A stretch of 64,000 bases of DNA from an uncultured Acidobacteriota bacterium (GTDB lineage: Bacteria; Acidobacteriota; JAQAZP01): assembly GCA_963836075.1 (NCBI GenBank), contig CAWIIB010000009.1, forward strand, positions 1,504,001 through 1,568,000. The letters run 5' to 3'. Below, in pieces: positions 1 through 9,519 of the stretch; the stretch's first letter is position 1, and each line of letters opens with the position of its first letter. The notes beneath the pieces are model-generated. The model ran no database searches and was not told the DNA's origin. It saw only the letters and a program-made list of their open reading frames with translations. The position numbers and the translations under genes were made by a program.

Positions 1-1497
1 TACTTCAGCAAGCACTCGGACAAGCGCAAGCTGGACGAGGCGTCCAAGGGCGCCGAACGGATCATCGAGAGCGCCAAGCGCAAGGGTGAGCGGGAAAAGC
101 AGAAGATCGTCATCGCCGGCAAGGAGCAGATCTACTCCGAGAAGGAGAAGATCGAGAACGAGTTCCGCGAACAGCGCCAGGAACTGGCCAAGACCGAGAA
201 CCGGCTGAACCAGCGCGAAGGGAACGTCAACAAGAAGAGCGACATGATGCTCGCCCGCGAGAAAAAAGTGGCGGAGCGGGAAAAGACCGTTGAGCGCCGG
301 TCCGAGAACCTGGAGCGGCAGGCCGAGGAAGTGGAAACGGCGAAGGAGGAGCAGGTCCACAAGCTGCAGGTGATCAGCGGCTACTCCCGTGAGGAAGCGA
401 AGAAAGAGCTCTTCCGCTCCCTGGAGAAAGAAGCCCGCTACGATGCGGCGGTGATGGTCAAGGAGATCAAGGACGAGGCCACGGCCACCGCCACCAGGGA
501 AGCCAAGCGGATCGTCACCAATGCCATCGAACGCTGCGCCGGCAGCCACAGCGCCGAGACCACCGTTTCGGTGGTCCAGCTCCCTGACGAGAAGCTCAAG
601 GGCAAGATCATCGGCCGTGAAGGCAAGAACATCCGGGCCTTCGAGGAGGCCACCGGCGTGCAACTGGTGGTGGACGACACGCCGGAAGCGGTGCTCATCT
701 CCGCATTCGACCCCATCCGCCGTGAAGTGGCCCGGGTGGCCCTCCAGGAACTGATCGCCTCCTCGCGTATCGTCCCCGAGCGGATCGAAGCGGTGGTGGT
801 CAAGGCCAATGTGCAGATGGAGGAGGAGATCAAGAAGGCGGGTGACAAAGCGCTGAAGGAACTGGGGATCAAGAACATGAACCCCAAGCTGGTCCAGCTC
901 CTGGGCCGGCTGAAATACCGCTCCAGCTACGGCCAGAACGTGCTCAACCACTCCATCGAGGTGGCCTTCCTCACTTACGCCATGGCCAAGCAGCTGCGGA
1001 TTGACGCCCGTTTTGCCAAGCGGGCCGGCCTGCTGCACGACATCGGCAAGGCGGTGGACCGCGGCGTTGAGGGGACTCACACCGAAATCGGGGTCAAGAT
1101 CGCCCAGGGGTTCAACGAGAACCCGCTGGTGCTCAATTCCATCGCCGCACACCACGAGGACGTGCCGGCCACCAGCCTGCTTTCGGTGCTGGTTTCGGCG
1201 GCGGACGCCATTTCCGGTGCCCGGCCCGGAGCGCGTCGGGAAAGCCTCGAGGGTTATATCAAGAGGCTGGAGAAGCTGGAGGGCCTGTCGGAGTCGTTCG
1301 ACGGCGTGGACAAGGCTTTCGCCATCAAGGCCGGTCGCGAGATCCGGGTGATGGTGGAGAACGACAAGGTGGATGACGCCCACGCCATGGTTCTGGCAAA
1401 CGACATCGCCAAGAAGATCGAGGCCGAGGCGGAATACCCCGGCAAGATAAAGGTCACCGTCATCCGCGAATTCCGTGCCGTGGAGCACGCGCGATAA
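1..1497 (+). CDS. rny: Ribonuclease Y (5'-truncated by window edge)
   Basis: Frame 1 is open from base 1. Coiled-coil N-region, KH motif KGKIIGREGKNIRAFE, HD motif LLHDIGK, ADAISGARPGAR, C-terminal YPGKIKVTVIRE. Confidence 0.97.
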   Translation, partial: YFSKHSDKRKLDEASKGAERIIESAKRKGEREKQKIVIAGKEQIYSEKEKIENEFREQRQELAKTENRLNQREGNVNKKSDMMLAREKKVAEREKTVERRSENLERQAEEVETAKEEQVHKLQVISGYSREEAKKELFRSLEKEARYDAAVMVKEIKDEATATATREAKRIVTNAIERCAGSHSAETTVSVVQLPDEKLKGKIIGREGKNIRAFEEATGVQLVVDDTPEAVLISAFDPIRREVARVALQELIASSRIVPERIEAVVVKANVQMEEEIKKAGDKALKELGIKNMNPKLVQLLGRLKYRSSYGQNVLNHSIEVAFLTYAMAKQLRIDARFAKRAGLLHDIGKAVDRGVEGTHTEIGVKIAQGFNENPLVLNSIAAHHEDVPATSLLSVLVSAADAISGARPGARRESLEGYIKRLEKLEGLSESFDGVDKAFAIKAGREIRVMVENDKVDDAHAMVLANDIAKKIEAEAEYPGKIKVTVIREFRAVEHAR

Positions 1498-1502
1498 GAG
1501 CC

Positions 1503-1524
1503 GGCTCCGGCATTGGCCGGAGCC
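1503..1524 (+). other. GC-rich hairpin between rny and ychF
   Basis: GGCTCCGGC-ATTG-GCCGGAGCC, a 9-bp perfect stem with no U-tract, so more likely a processing/stability hairpin than a terminator. Confidence 0.4.
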
Positions 1525-1572
1525 TCCGCAGCGGTTTCGCCCCGCGACGGCTTTACCCCGGGACCTGGTGTC

Positions 1573-2667
1573 ATGTCCCTGTCCGTCGGCATCATCGGCC
1601 TGCCCAACGTGGGCAAGTCCACACTCTTCAACACCCTGACCAGCGCCGGGGCCGAGGCCTCAAACTATCCCTTCTGCACCATCGACAGGAACGTGGGCGT
1701 GGCCCTGGTCCCGGACCCGCGGCTCCGCGCGCTGGAGACCCTGCTGCAGCCGGAGGAGTGCCTGCCGGCCTCGGTAAACCTGGTGGACGTGGCCGGTCTG
1801 GTCAAGGGCGCCCACCGGGGCGAGGGGCTGGGCAACCGCTTCCTCGGCCACCTGCGGGAGACCGATGCCCTGCTGCATGTGGTCCGCTGCTTCAACGATG
1901 CCAACGTCTCCCACACCGGCGGTGCGGTGGACCCGGCGGCAGATGCGGCTCTCATCGACCTCGAGCTGACCCTGGCCGACCTGGAGCAGGCCGAACGGGC
2001 GCTGGGGGAGCTGGGCAAGAAGGCGAGGACCGAGCCGAAGAAATACGCCCGGCAGGGCGCGTTGCTGGAGAAGGTGCGGGACCACCTGGCCGGGGACCGG
2101 CCGCTGCGCCTGTTGGAACTGCGGCCCAAGGAGGGGCCGGCGCTCAAGGGGTACGGGTTCCTGACCCTCAAACCGGTGCTCTACTGCGCCAACGTGGACG
2201 AGGACGACCTCGCTGACGGCGGCGGGGTGCTCTGCCGGCAGCTGTCCGGCGCGGTGGGGGAGAAACTGGTGCTGCCGGTTTCCGCCCGGGTGGAGGGTGA
2301 ACTGCTGGAGCTTGCGGTAGAGGAGCGGGACGATTTCCGTGAGGCGCTGGGGCTCAGCGGGGACAGTATCTCCCGGGTGGCCGCGGCCTGTGCCCGGCTG
2401 CTCGACCTGGTCTCCTTCTACACCACCGCCAACAACAAGCTTCGTGCCTGGCATGTCCCCGCGGGCACCCCGGCGCCGGCCGCGGCGGGACAGATTCACA
2501 GCGACATGGAACAGGGGTTTATCCGGGCCGAGGTGGCCGGCAGCGATGAGTTGCTGGCCGAAGGATCCATGGCCCGGCTACAGGAGCAGGGGCGGGTGCG
2601 CAACGAGGGCCGCGACTATGAAGTGGGGGACGGCGACGTGATCCACTTCCTGTTCAGGGGGAATTGA
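1573..2667 (+). CDS. ychF: Redox-regulated ATPase YchF (Obg family)
   Basis: GLPNVGKST P-loop, NYPFCTI, DVAGLVKGA, GEGLGNRFL, NVDE G4 motif, C-terminal TGS domain (IHSDMEQGFIRAE). ATG at 1573 chosen as start. Confidence 0.96.
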   Translation: MSLSVGIIGLPNVGKSTLFNTLTSAGAEASNYPFCTIDRNVGVALVPDPRLRALETLLQPEECLPASVNLVDVAGLVKGAHRGEGLGNRFLGHLRETDALLHVVRCFNDANVSHTGGAVDPAADAALIDLELTLADLEQAERALGELGKKARTEPKKYARQGALLEKVRDHLAGDRPLRLLELRPKEGPALKGYGFLTLKPVLYCANVDEDDLADGGGVLCRQLSGAVGEKLVLPVSARVEGELLELAVEERDDFREALGLSGDSISRVAAACARLLDLVSFYTTANNKLRAWHVPAGTPAPAAAGQIHSDMEQGFIRAEVAGSDELLAEGSMARLQEQGRVRNEGRDYEVGDGDVIHFLFRGN

Positions 2668-2668
2668 A

Positions 2669-5095
2669 ATGCCAGCGACGATGTACCAGTTGATGCGCAC
2701 CCGGCAGCTGTGGGCCACCGCGCTCCTGGGCCTGGTGCTGATGATCCCCGGGGCTCCTGCGGCACCGGCGGACGGCGGCTTCATGGACCTCCACTGGGCC
2801 CGCCACCACGACGGTGACGAATTCGGTGCGGACATGGCCGTCGACATGGCCACCGGGACCGACGGGTCCGTCTGCGTCACCGGAGTCAGTGACAATGCCC
2901 TGGCCGACCCCGATTACCTGACCCTCAGATACCTGCCCGACGGGACCCTGAACTGGTCCAACCGCTTTGCCGGCGAGGGCGGGGACACTCCCCAGGCCAT
3001 CGACGTTGACCGGGAGAGCGGCGCCGTCGTGGTCACCGGCTACTCCTGGATCAGCGATCCCGAGGGGCACCAGATCCTCACCATCCTCTACGAACCTGAC
3101 GGCAGCACCCGCTGGGAACGGTATTTCGGCGGGCTGGGGGACGGCAACAACTCCGGCTACGACGTGGCTTTTGACGGAGCGGGAAACGTGGTGGTGGGTG
3201 GAGTGTCCTACCGCAACGACTCGGACTACGACTTCGTCACGGTGAAATACAACCCCCAGGGGGACCTGGAGTGGTCAGAATACTATGACGGTCCCGCCGG
3301 GTTCTACGATCAGATCTTTGCCCTGGTCATTGACGGGCAGGACCGGATCTACGTCACCGGGCGCAGCGCCGGCGGCTCCGGTCAGGGGCAGGACTACTGC
3401 ACCGTCTGCTACAGCCCCGGGGGGACGGAACTCTGGACCGCCCGCTACGCCGGTCCGGCCATGGGCGACGACGTGCCCAAAGCCATCGCGCTGCACCCCG
3501 GGGGCGGGGTGGTGGTGGCCGGCGCCTCGGATGGTTCCGGCAGTGCGGGTAGCGACGTGGTCGTGATCCGTTACGACGGGGAGGGCAACGAGCTCTGGGT
3601 CAGGCGCTACGACTCTCCTGACGGCGGCGACGACACCTGTCTCGACCTGGCCGTGGCCGGGGAGGGCGTCTCCTTTGCCGTGGGCAGCTGTTCCTCCTCC
3701 ACCGGGGACTCCGACCTGCTGGTCTACCGGGTGTCCTCCGACGGCAGCGATGCCACTGCCCTGCGCCGTGACGGTCCGGACGGGGGTGACGACGGCGCGT
3801 ATGCCGCCGTGGCGGACGGACGCGGCGGCGTGCTGGTGGCCGGGACCGAGGTGGACGATACTGCCGGCGGGTGGAACAACCTGCTGCTGCTCAAGCTGGA
3901 CTGTTTTGGGACCCTGCTCTGGGCCGAGACCTACAACGGCCCCGAAAACGGGCGCGATGAGGCCCGGGCCGTGGCCGCACTGCCCGGTGGCGGTGCAGCG
4001 GCTGCCGGTCTCAGTTACGGTGGCAAGAGCGGCAATGACATTCTCACCGTATCCTTTATCCAGCCAAGCTGCCTGCTTTTCACTGCCCCAGGCCCCGGGC
4101 CGGGCAATCCCGCCCGGGTCCGCTGCTTCCACCCCGCGGACACCGGTCAGCTGATCACCGACGTTGCGGTGTACGGCGTTGACGACTACGGGGCCAATGT
4201 GGCTGCCGGCGACCTGGACGGTGACGGTGACGCCGAACTGCTCACCGGCCCCGGACCGGGTGCGGTGTTCGGGCCCCAGGTACGGGCTTTCGAGTCCTGC
4301 GGCGTGCCCCTGGCCGGCGGAGCGGTGAACTTCTTTGCTTACGGCACCCTGAAATACGGGGTCAATGTGGCCGCCGGCGACCTGGATGGCGACGGGACTG
4401 ATGAGATTCTCACCGGCGCAGGCCCGGGTGCGGTGTTCGGCCCCCACGTCAGGGGGTTCGGCTACACCGCCGGGACCGGGGTGCAGCCGCTGCCCGGGGT
4501 CAGCTTCATGGCCTACGGCACACCGAAATACGGAGTGAATATTTCCGCCGGCGACCTGGACGGTGACGGGACGGATGAGATCCTCACCGGCGCCGGTCCG
4601 GGTGCAGTGTTCGGTCCCCACGTGCGGGCCTTTGCCTGGGACGGAACCTCCTCGGTTTCACCCGTGCCGGGAGTCAGCTTCTTTGCATACGGCACTTTGA
4701 GGTTCGGGGTGAACGTGGCGGCCGGCGATATCGACGGCGACGGCATCGACGAGATCATCACCGGCGCCGGCCCCGGCGAAATCTTCGGCGCCCACGTGCG
4801 GGCTTTTGACTACGACGGCGGGCCTTCCGTGGTAGCGGTGCCCGGGTCCAGCTTCTTCGCCTTCGAGACATCACGGCACGGGGTCCGGGTGTCGGCCGGT
4901 GACCTGGACCGGGACGGCAGAGACGAGATTCTCACCGTGCCCGGCCCCGATCCATCAATGGGCTGTCTGGTTCGGGCCTTCCGGCTGGAGGGCGGTGCAG
5001 TGGTGCCGGTGGAGGGGGTCGACTTTCTTGCTTTTGCCCTGGAGGAGGCCCTGCACGGCGGCAGTATTGCCGGTGCCGGACCTTCCGCGGACTGA
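2669..5095 (+). CDS. Secreted protein: SBBP-like beta-propeller repeats plus C-terminal GPGPG/FG-GAP propeller
   Basis: Signal peptide; ~7 repeats of type 'D-G-V-VTG-S...D--T--Y---G---W---Y-G'; then five [24 protein letters not shown] repeats. Tightly packed between ychF and thiD. Confidence 0.85.
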   Translation: MPATMYQLMRTRQLWATALLGLVLMIPGAPAAPADGGFMDLHWARHHDGDEFGADMAVDMATGTDGSVCVTGVSDNALADPDYLTLRYLPDGTLNWSNRFAGEGGDTPQAIDVDRESGAVVVTGYSWISDPEGHQILTILYEPDGSTRWERYFGGLGDGNNSGYDVAFDGAGNVVVGGVSYRNDSDYDFVTVKYNPQGDLEWSEYYDGPAGFYDQIFALVIDGQDRIYVTGRSAGGSGQGQDYCTVCYSPGGTELWTARYAGPAMGDDVPKAIALHPGGGVVVAGASDGSGSAGSDVVVIRYDGEGNELWVRRYDSPDGGDDTCLDLAVAGEGVSFAVGSCSSSTGDSDLLVYRVSSDGSDATALRRDGPDGGDDGAYAAVADGRGGVLVAGTEVDDTAGGWNNLLLLKLDCFGTLLWAETYNGPENGRDEARAVAALPGGGAAAAGLSYGGKSGNDILTVSFIQPSCLLFTAPGPGPGNPARVRCFHPADTGQLITDVAVYGVDDYGANVAAGDLDGDGDAELLTGPGPGAVFGPQVRAFESCGVPLAGGAVNFFAYGTLKYGVNVAAGDLDGDGTDEILTGAGPGAVFGPHVRGFGYTAGTGVQPLPGVSFMAYGTPKYGVNISAGDLDGDGTDEILTGAGPGAVFGPHVRAFAWDGTSSVSPVPGVSFFAYGTLRFGVNVAAGDIDGDGIDEIITGAGPGEIFGAHVRAFDYDGGPSVVAVPGSSFFAFETSRHGVRVSAGDLDRDGRDEILTVPGPDPSMGCLVRAFRLEGGAVVPVEGVDFLAFALEEALHGGSIAGAGPSAD
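4186..4990 (+). repeat. Intragenic ~180-bp tandem repeats encoding [24 protein letters not shown] units
   Basis: Near-identical units such as gccggcgacctggaYgg...ctcaccggc...ccgggtgcRgtgttcgg recur at ~4205, ~4373, ~4547 and ~4720. Confidence 0.8.
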
Positions 5096-5111
5096 CCGCA
5101 TGGGGGTGGAG

Positions 5112-5936
5112 ATGATCAACCCGCCCGTTGTATTGACCGCCGCCGGATCGGATTCCAGCGGCGGTGCGGGGATCCAGGCCGACCTGAAGACCTTTGCCGC
5201 ACTCGGTGTTCACGGGGCCACGGTGCTCACTGCGATCACCGCCCAGAACAGCCGCGAGGTGCGGGCCGTGGGGCCGGTGCCGCCGGAACTGGTGCGCCGG
5301 CAGATCGACAGCGTGATGGGCGAACTGCCGGTGAGGGCGCTGAAGACCGGCATGCTGGTCAACGCCGGCATCATCCAGTGTCTGGCCGAGGCAGTGAAGC
5401 ATTACGGTATCGGCCAGCTGGTGCTGGACCCGGTGATGCTCGCCTCCAGCGGCGGCCGGCTGCTGGACCGTGGCGCGCTGCAGGTGCTGGTCAGGGAACT
5501 TTTCCCCCTGGCCGCCCTGGTGACCCCCAACATTCCGGAAGCCGAAGCGCTTCTCGGCCGGCCCCTGCGCAGGTTCAGTGATCTCCCGCCGGCGGTGCGC
5601 GACCTCCAGGCCCTGGGCCCCCGGGCCGTGGTGCTCAAGGGTGGTCACGGCAAAGACCCGGACACCTGTCTCGACCTGCTGTTCGACGGCAGCGACGTGG
5701 TGGAGTTTGCCGCACCACGCATCATCACCCGCAACAACCGGGGCACCGGATGCACTTTTGCGTCGACGGCCGCCGCCCTGCTGGCCCGTGGCCGGGACCT
5801 TTGTTCGGCCGTCCAGGGAGCCAAGGACTATGTCCACGCCGCCCTGACCGCCGCCGCCGGCCGGGAGACCTTTGGCCAGGCCGGCCCCATCGAACATTTC
5901 CCTCCTCTCATGCCCGAGTCCCTGAACCTCTCCTGA
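5112..5936 (+). CDS. thiD: Hydroxymethylpyrimidine/phosphomethylpyrimidine kinase
   Basis: [46 protein letters not shown]. Alternative ATG at 5100. Confidence 0.95.
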   Translation: MINPPVVLTAAGSDSSGGAGIQADLKTFAALGVHGATVLTAITAQNSREVRAVGPVPPELVRRQIDSVMGELPVRALKTGMLVNAGIIQCLAEAVKHYGIGQLVLDPVMLASSGGRLLDRGALQVLVRELFPLAALVTPNIPEAEALLGRPLRRFSDLPPAVRDLQALGPRAVVLKGGHGKDPDTCLDLLFDGSDVVEFAAPRIITRNNRGTGCTFASTAAALLARGRDLCSAVQGAKDYVHAALTAAAGRETFGQAGPIEHFPPLMPESLNLS

Positions 5937-6013
5937 TCTCTCATCTGATAAACGTGAGTCCCGCCGGCCCCTGCGGGGAAGGAGAAAAAATAGCTGGAAC
6001 AAAGATTGACTTA

Positions 6014-6050
6014 TTGACGTTTAGGATATATATAGTTAATATCTTAACTA
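6014..6050 (+). promoter_or_regulatory. Putative sigma70 promoter with overlapping palindromic operator
   Basis: TTGACG(6014)-N17-TAATAT(6037). TAGTTAA-tatc-TTAACTA (6033-6050) is a perfect 7-4-7 inverted repeat in an AT-rich island. Confidence 0.6.
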
Positions 6051-6070
6051 AAATGCAGGAGGGAAAGATA

Positions 6071-6331
6071 ATGAACACCATGGAAAAAATCAAGGGTCTG
6101 GAGAAGGCCGGGAAGGGATACCTCAATCCGAAGCTGGTCAAAGCCTGCACCTTTTACACCATCAGCTCCTGCATCGGACTGAGCACCATCACCGCCATCC
6201 TGGCCATCTGGGAGTTCACCGCCCAGGACACCCTCTGGCGGACCATCTCCACCTTTGGCGTGATTACCCTCGGTTCGGCCATTTTTGCCGTGGTCAACGC
6301 CTGGTTCGGCATCGAAAGGCAGGGTGGATGA
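6071..6331 (+). CDS. Small hypothetical membrane protein (2 TM)
   Basis: GGAGGG RBS, 86 aa, two hydrophobic segments. Confidence 0.7.
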   Translation: MNTMEKIKGLEKAGKGYLNPKLVKACTFYTISSCIGLSTITAILAIWEFTAQDTLWRTISTFGVITLGSAIFAVVNAWFGIERQGG

Positions 6332-6558
6332 GAATGGACGCCAAACATCTGCTTGAACGAGCGCTGATCCTGGCCCTCCTCTTCATCATCGTCCTGCAAC
6401 TGGGGGGTGCGGCCGTGCGAGCCGACCTGTCTGGTCCAGCGGCCCGGGAGAGTGGTACAGCACAGACGGAAGAAGTGGCCGAGAGATGCTGCCGGATGGT
6501 GGGTTTCCCGCACAACGATATCGAGGCTTGCCAGATGCTGATGCAGTTCTTCCGCTAA
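6328..6558 (+). CDS. Small secreted Cys-containing hypothetical protein
   Basis: ATGA overlap with upstream gene; signal peptide ending AVRA; C-terminus RCCRMVGFPHNDIEAC. Confidence 0.55.
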   Translation: MRMDAKHLLERALILALLFIIVLQLGGAAVRADLSGPAARESGTAQTEEVAERCCRMVGFPHNDIEACQMLMQFFR

Positions 6559-6581
6559 GACTGCCGGCTGGAGTGGGAAAA

Positions 6582-6722
6582 ATGTATCTCAAACTGTTTT
6601 TGATGCTGGCGGCCTCGGGCATGACCCTGGTGCTGCTCCTGGGGGCGGCGGTGCTGGCCAGTGAGGAAGTGGACGCTGCGGCGGGTGAACAACAGGAGGT
6701 CACGCGCGGAAAAAAGGCGTGA
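6582..6722 (+). CDS. Very small signal-peptide-like hypothetical protein (46 aa)
   Basis: GGAGTGGG RBS; hydrophobic N-terminus ending AVLA plus a short acidic tail. Confidence 0.4.
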   Translation: MYLKLFLMLAASGMTLVLLLGAAVLASEEVDAAAGEQQEVTRGKKA

Positions 6723-6741
6723 ACCGGAAAAGGGGGGGATT

Positions 6742-7278
6742 ATGAAAGTACAGATCGCACTCATCATCATGGTCGTGATCACGCTTTCCATGGCTGCCAC
6801 CGGTGTGGTGCAGGGCGGGGAGAGCACTCCGGTCCTCAAGGTGGGGACCTTCGATTCTCGGGCCGTGGCGCTGGCTTTCTGGCGCAGCCCGGAGGGGATG
6901 GAGATCCTCAACGGCCTGCACAAGGAGATGGCGAAAGCGAAGGAAGAGCGAGACGAGAAACGGATCGCGGAGCTGGAGGTCGAGGGGCCGGGCCTGCAGG
7001 TGCGTCTCCACCAGCAGGTCTTCAGCACCGGCAGCGTCACCGACGTGATCGAGCGGATCGAGAAGAAGCTGCCAAAGATCGCCGAGGAGGCCGGTGTGGC
7101 GATCATCGTGCCCCGGTGGAACGTGGCCTGGCAGGGAGGCGACGTGGAAGTAGTCGATCTCACTGACCAGCTGGTCAGGTGCTTCAACCCGAGCGAAGAT
7201 ATTTTGATGATGATCGGGCAGATGGGTGATCAGAAGCCGGTGCCCATTGAAGAGCTTTCCATGGACCCGAATCATTGA
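6742..7278 (+). CDS. Secreted hypothetical protein, possibly OmpH/Skp-like
   Basis: Signal peptide, KVGTFDSRAV N-terminal strand, coiled-coil middle, IAEEAGVAII and VDLTDQLV C-terminus resembling Skp. Confidence 0.6.
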   Translation: MKVQIALIIMVVITLSMAATGVVQGGESTPVLKVGTFDSRAVALAFWRSPEGMEILNGLHKEMAKAKEERDEKRIAELEVEGPGLQVRLHQQVFSTGSVTDVIERIEKKLPKIAEEAGVAIIVPRWNVAWQGGDVEVVDLTDQLVRCFNPSEDILMMIGQMGDQKPVPIEELSMDPNH

Positions 7279-7324
7279 GCCGGACTTCACTGGAATGTAT
7301 CGGCAACCAGGCAGGACTCGAACG

Positions 7325-7954
7325 ATGCGCAGAAGGATACCCCAGAGACTCATGACCGCGTGCAGCGCCGCATTCCTGTTCTGCTGTTCATATTCCTGCG
7401 GCACGGGGTACGTGCCGCGGAATGGCGACATCATCTTCCACACCTCCCGTTCCGCCCAGAGCGAGGCCATCCAGAAGGCGACCAGCTCGCCCTACAGCCA
7501 CATGGGGATTGTTTACGTCCAGCAGGGCCGGGCATTCGTGTTCGAAGCCGTGGAGCCGGTCAGATCGACACCGCTGGACGAGTGGATCGCCCGCGGGGTG
7601 GACGGAAAGTACGTGGTGAAGCGGCTGCGTAAAGCTGACCGGCTGCTGACCTCCGGTGCTCTGGCGCGGATGCGGGAGGTTGGCGAGGCGTTCGAGGGGC
7701 GGCCCTATGACCTCTACTTCGAGTGGACCGATGATCGGACATATTGTTCGGAACTGGTCTGGAAAGTCTATCAGCGTGCCCTGGGGCTCGAGATTGGCGA
7801 GCTGCAGTGCATGAGCGAATTCGACCTCACCGATCCACTGGTCAGAGAAAAGGTGGAGGAGCGCTGGGGTGGCACGCCTCCCGGGAACGAGATCGTCATA
7901 TCCCCGGAAGCGATCTTCCGCAGCGACCTGCTGGTGACCGTTGCCGAGCGGTAG
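7325..7954 (+). CDS. YiiX/YebB-like permuted papain-like (NlpC/P60) enzyme
   Basis: GDIIFH, YSHMGIV, FEAVEPV, PYDLYFEW, YCSELVWK (His before Cys, i.e. permuted order). Confidence 0.9.
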   Translation: MRRRIPQRLMTACSAAFLFCCSYSCGTGYVPRNGDIIFHTSRSAQSEAIQKATSSPYSHMGIVYVQQGRAFVFEAVEPVRSTPLDEWIARGVDGKYVVKRLRKADRLLTSGALARMREVGEAFEGRPYDLYFEWTDDRTYCSELVWKVYQRALGLEIGELQCMSEFDLTDPLVREKVEERWGGTPPGNEIVISPEAIFRSDLLVTVAER

Positions 7955-8016
7955 GTGTCTGCTTCTTTGGTCGGGATGATGGATGACAAATACGTGAAAT
8001 GTCGAGGAGATGGATA

Positions 8017-8421
8017 ATGAATAGAAAACTACTAACAGGAATTCTAATTGCATCTGGGATAGTGGTGACAATTTTTAATCCACTGATAAGTGGGATACTC
8101 GCAGTAGGAGTCTGGATATACCTGGTCGGGGCAGTTCGGAAACAAGAGAATAGTGTTTTCAATGACCAGATGACGCCATTGTTGACCGAAGGGCACTTCA
8201 ACTGGTTGAAAACATTGTTGATAGTATCTGGGATATCATTTCTTGTTTTTATTGTCTCTGCCATTGCGCACAATGTCCTGGAGGAGGAATTCTTCTCTCT
8301 TGTTATCGCGCTAGTGGCGGTATGGGTACTGGTTCTATCAACTGCTGGCGGTCTGGTTTTGTTTCTCAGCGGACGACAAAAGTACCGGAATACAGAGATT
8401 CCTGCAAGTGGATCGATTTAA
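8017..8421 (+). CDS. Hypothetical multi-TM membrane protein, AT-rich
   Basis: GAGGAG RBS; ~4 hydrophobic segments; visibly lower GC than neighbours. Confidence 0.7.
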   Translation: MNRKLLTGILIASGIVVTIFNPLISGILAVGVWIYLVGAVRKQENSVFNDQMTPLLTEGHFNWLKTLLIVSGISFLVFIVSAIAHNVLEEEFFSLVIALVAVWVLVLSTAGGLVLFLSGRQKYRNTEIPASGSI

Positions 8422-8427
8422 ATAGAC

Positions 8428-8465
8428 AGATAACAACTGAATGCACCTGAACGCAAATGCGCTCA
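8428..8465 (+). mobile_element. Truncated integron attC-like site (left arm plus central hairpin)
   Basis: AGATAAC-AACTG-AATGCACC then TGAACGC-AAAT-GCGCTCA just after a stop codon; the right-arm L'/R' boxes are missing. Confidence 0.4.
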
Positions 8466-8487
8466 CTTACAGATTGGGGAGAACACC

Positions 8488-9111
8488 ATGAGGATGAACT
8501 CGTTGATCATTCTCCTCGGGTTCCTGCTCTGCACTGTGGCCTGCGCCCCGTGGCAGATCGGGGCCGAGAAGGACGTGGTGAAGAACGGGATCGAGTTCGA
8601 GACCTTCAAGGAGGAGAAGGACGGTTCCAAGCTGGGCATCCTTGCGGGTGACACGGTGATCGACGGCTGGCCCTGCAAAAAGGGGTTCATCGTCTTCCAT
8701 GCCGACTGGAGCCTGGATGAACTGCTGCTCTCCCGGGATTACCAACGGAACGGGATCTCCATGCCCGCGGGCACCTGGGTCTTTCCCGACGCGCAGGGGA
8801 ACCCGGGGATCTGCATGTTTCCCCATGATGTTGAGATTCAGGGCCATCTCTGCCGGGGCAGCCGGGCGGGGAAGGAGGGCGTGATGACCTCCTTCCATCC
8901 CGGCGGTGAGGTGAACCAATACTTCTGCCGCGAGGATCCCGTGATCGACGGCGTGCCCTGCAAGGGCAGTGTCTTTGCTTCGGGGATCCATCTTTATGAA
9001 AACGGCCGGCTGGCACAGTGCGAGCTGGCCGGGGGCGCCACGATCGGCGGCGTCGAATACGCCAGGGGGGCCGTCCTCCGCTTCGATGAAGCTGGGAATG
9101 TGCTCGAATAG
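8488..9111 (+). CDS. Hypothetical repeat lipoprotein (MORN/YwqK-like short repeats)
   Basis: Lipobox TVAC; five ~32-aa units (VIDGWPC, EIQGHLC, VIDGVPC, TIGGVEY ... F/Y-xx-G-x-L/V). Confidence 0.7.
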   Translation: MRMNSLIILLGFLLCTVACAPWQIGAEKDVVKNGIEFETFKEEKDGSKLGILAGDTVIDGWPCKKGFIVFHADWSLDELLLSRDYQRNGISMPAGTWVFPDAQGNPGICMFPHDVEIQGHLCRGSRAGKEGVMTSFHPGGEVNQYFCREDPVIDGVPCKGSVFASGIHLYENGRLAQCELAGGATIGGVEYARGAVLRFDEAGNVLE

Positions 9112-9144
9112 CATGGAAACCGCCGGCGGACTTCCAAAGATCGG

Positions 9145-9474
9145 ATGGACAGGATGAAACGTGTAACACGCATTATTCGTCGGATGCCATTTTTCCTCTA
9201 TGGACTTGTGGCGATTGGTGGATATTGGCTCATCGGAAGCTTGTCTTCATTCGGCCAGGGGTACGATGATCGTGGTATCGGAACTTTCCTGTTCCTGGTC
9301 TCGCTCGTATGGAATATCGTCGCCTTTCCGTTCTGGTTCGCCACAGAAGCACTGTTTTCGCTGAACGAGGGACACGCCGTTCCCGGCCACGGGATTCTGT
9401 CGATAGCCATCGTGATGCCCCTGCTGCTAATTCTCGATTTTGTATGGCGGCGCTATTCATCCCCGGAGGAGTAA
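9145..9474 (+). CDS. Hypothetical membrane protein (3 TM)
   Basis: Hydrophobic 109-aa ORF co-oriented with neighbours; start could be 9154. Confidence 0.6.
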   Translation: MDRMKRVTRIIRRMPFFLYGLVAIGGYWLIGSLSSFGQGYDDRGIGTFLFLVSLVWNIVAFPFWFATEALFSLNEGHAVPGHGILSIAIVMPLLLILDFVWRRYSSPEE

Positions 9475-9519
9475 TCGTCTCACCACTGTCGCAGATAATG
9501 GTTTTGAGGAGCTTGCAGG

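Noticed and set aside
1-1572. 6S RNA or ymdB near rny
   Set aside because: 6S RNA would lie upstream, outside the window. The downstream gap is 75 nt and is followed by ychF.
3275-4621. Long antisense and alternate-frame ORFs (also 10539-11885, 38654-40249, 44957-46351 and many others)
   Set aside because: These are shadows of real genes in GC-rich DNA, with no recognisable motifs or RBS.
5040-5112. TPP riboswitch upstream of thiD
   Set aside because: There is only a 4-16 nt gap after the previous gene and no CUGAGA-type core.
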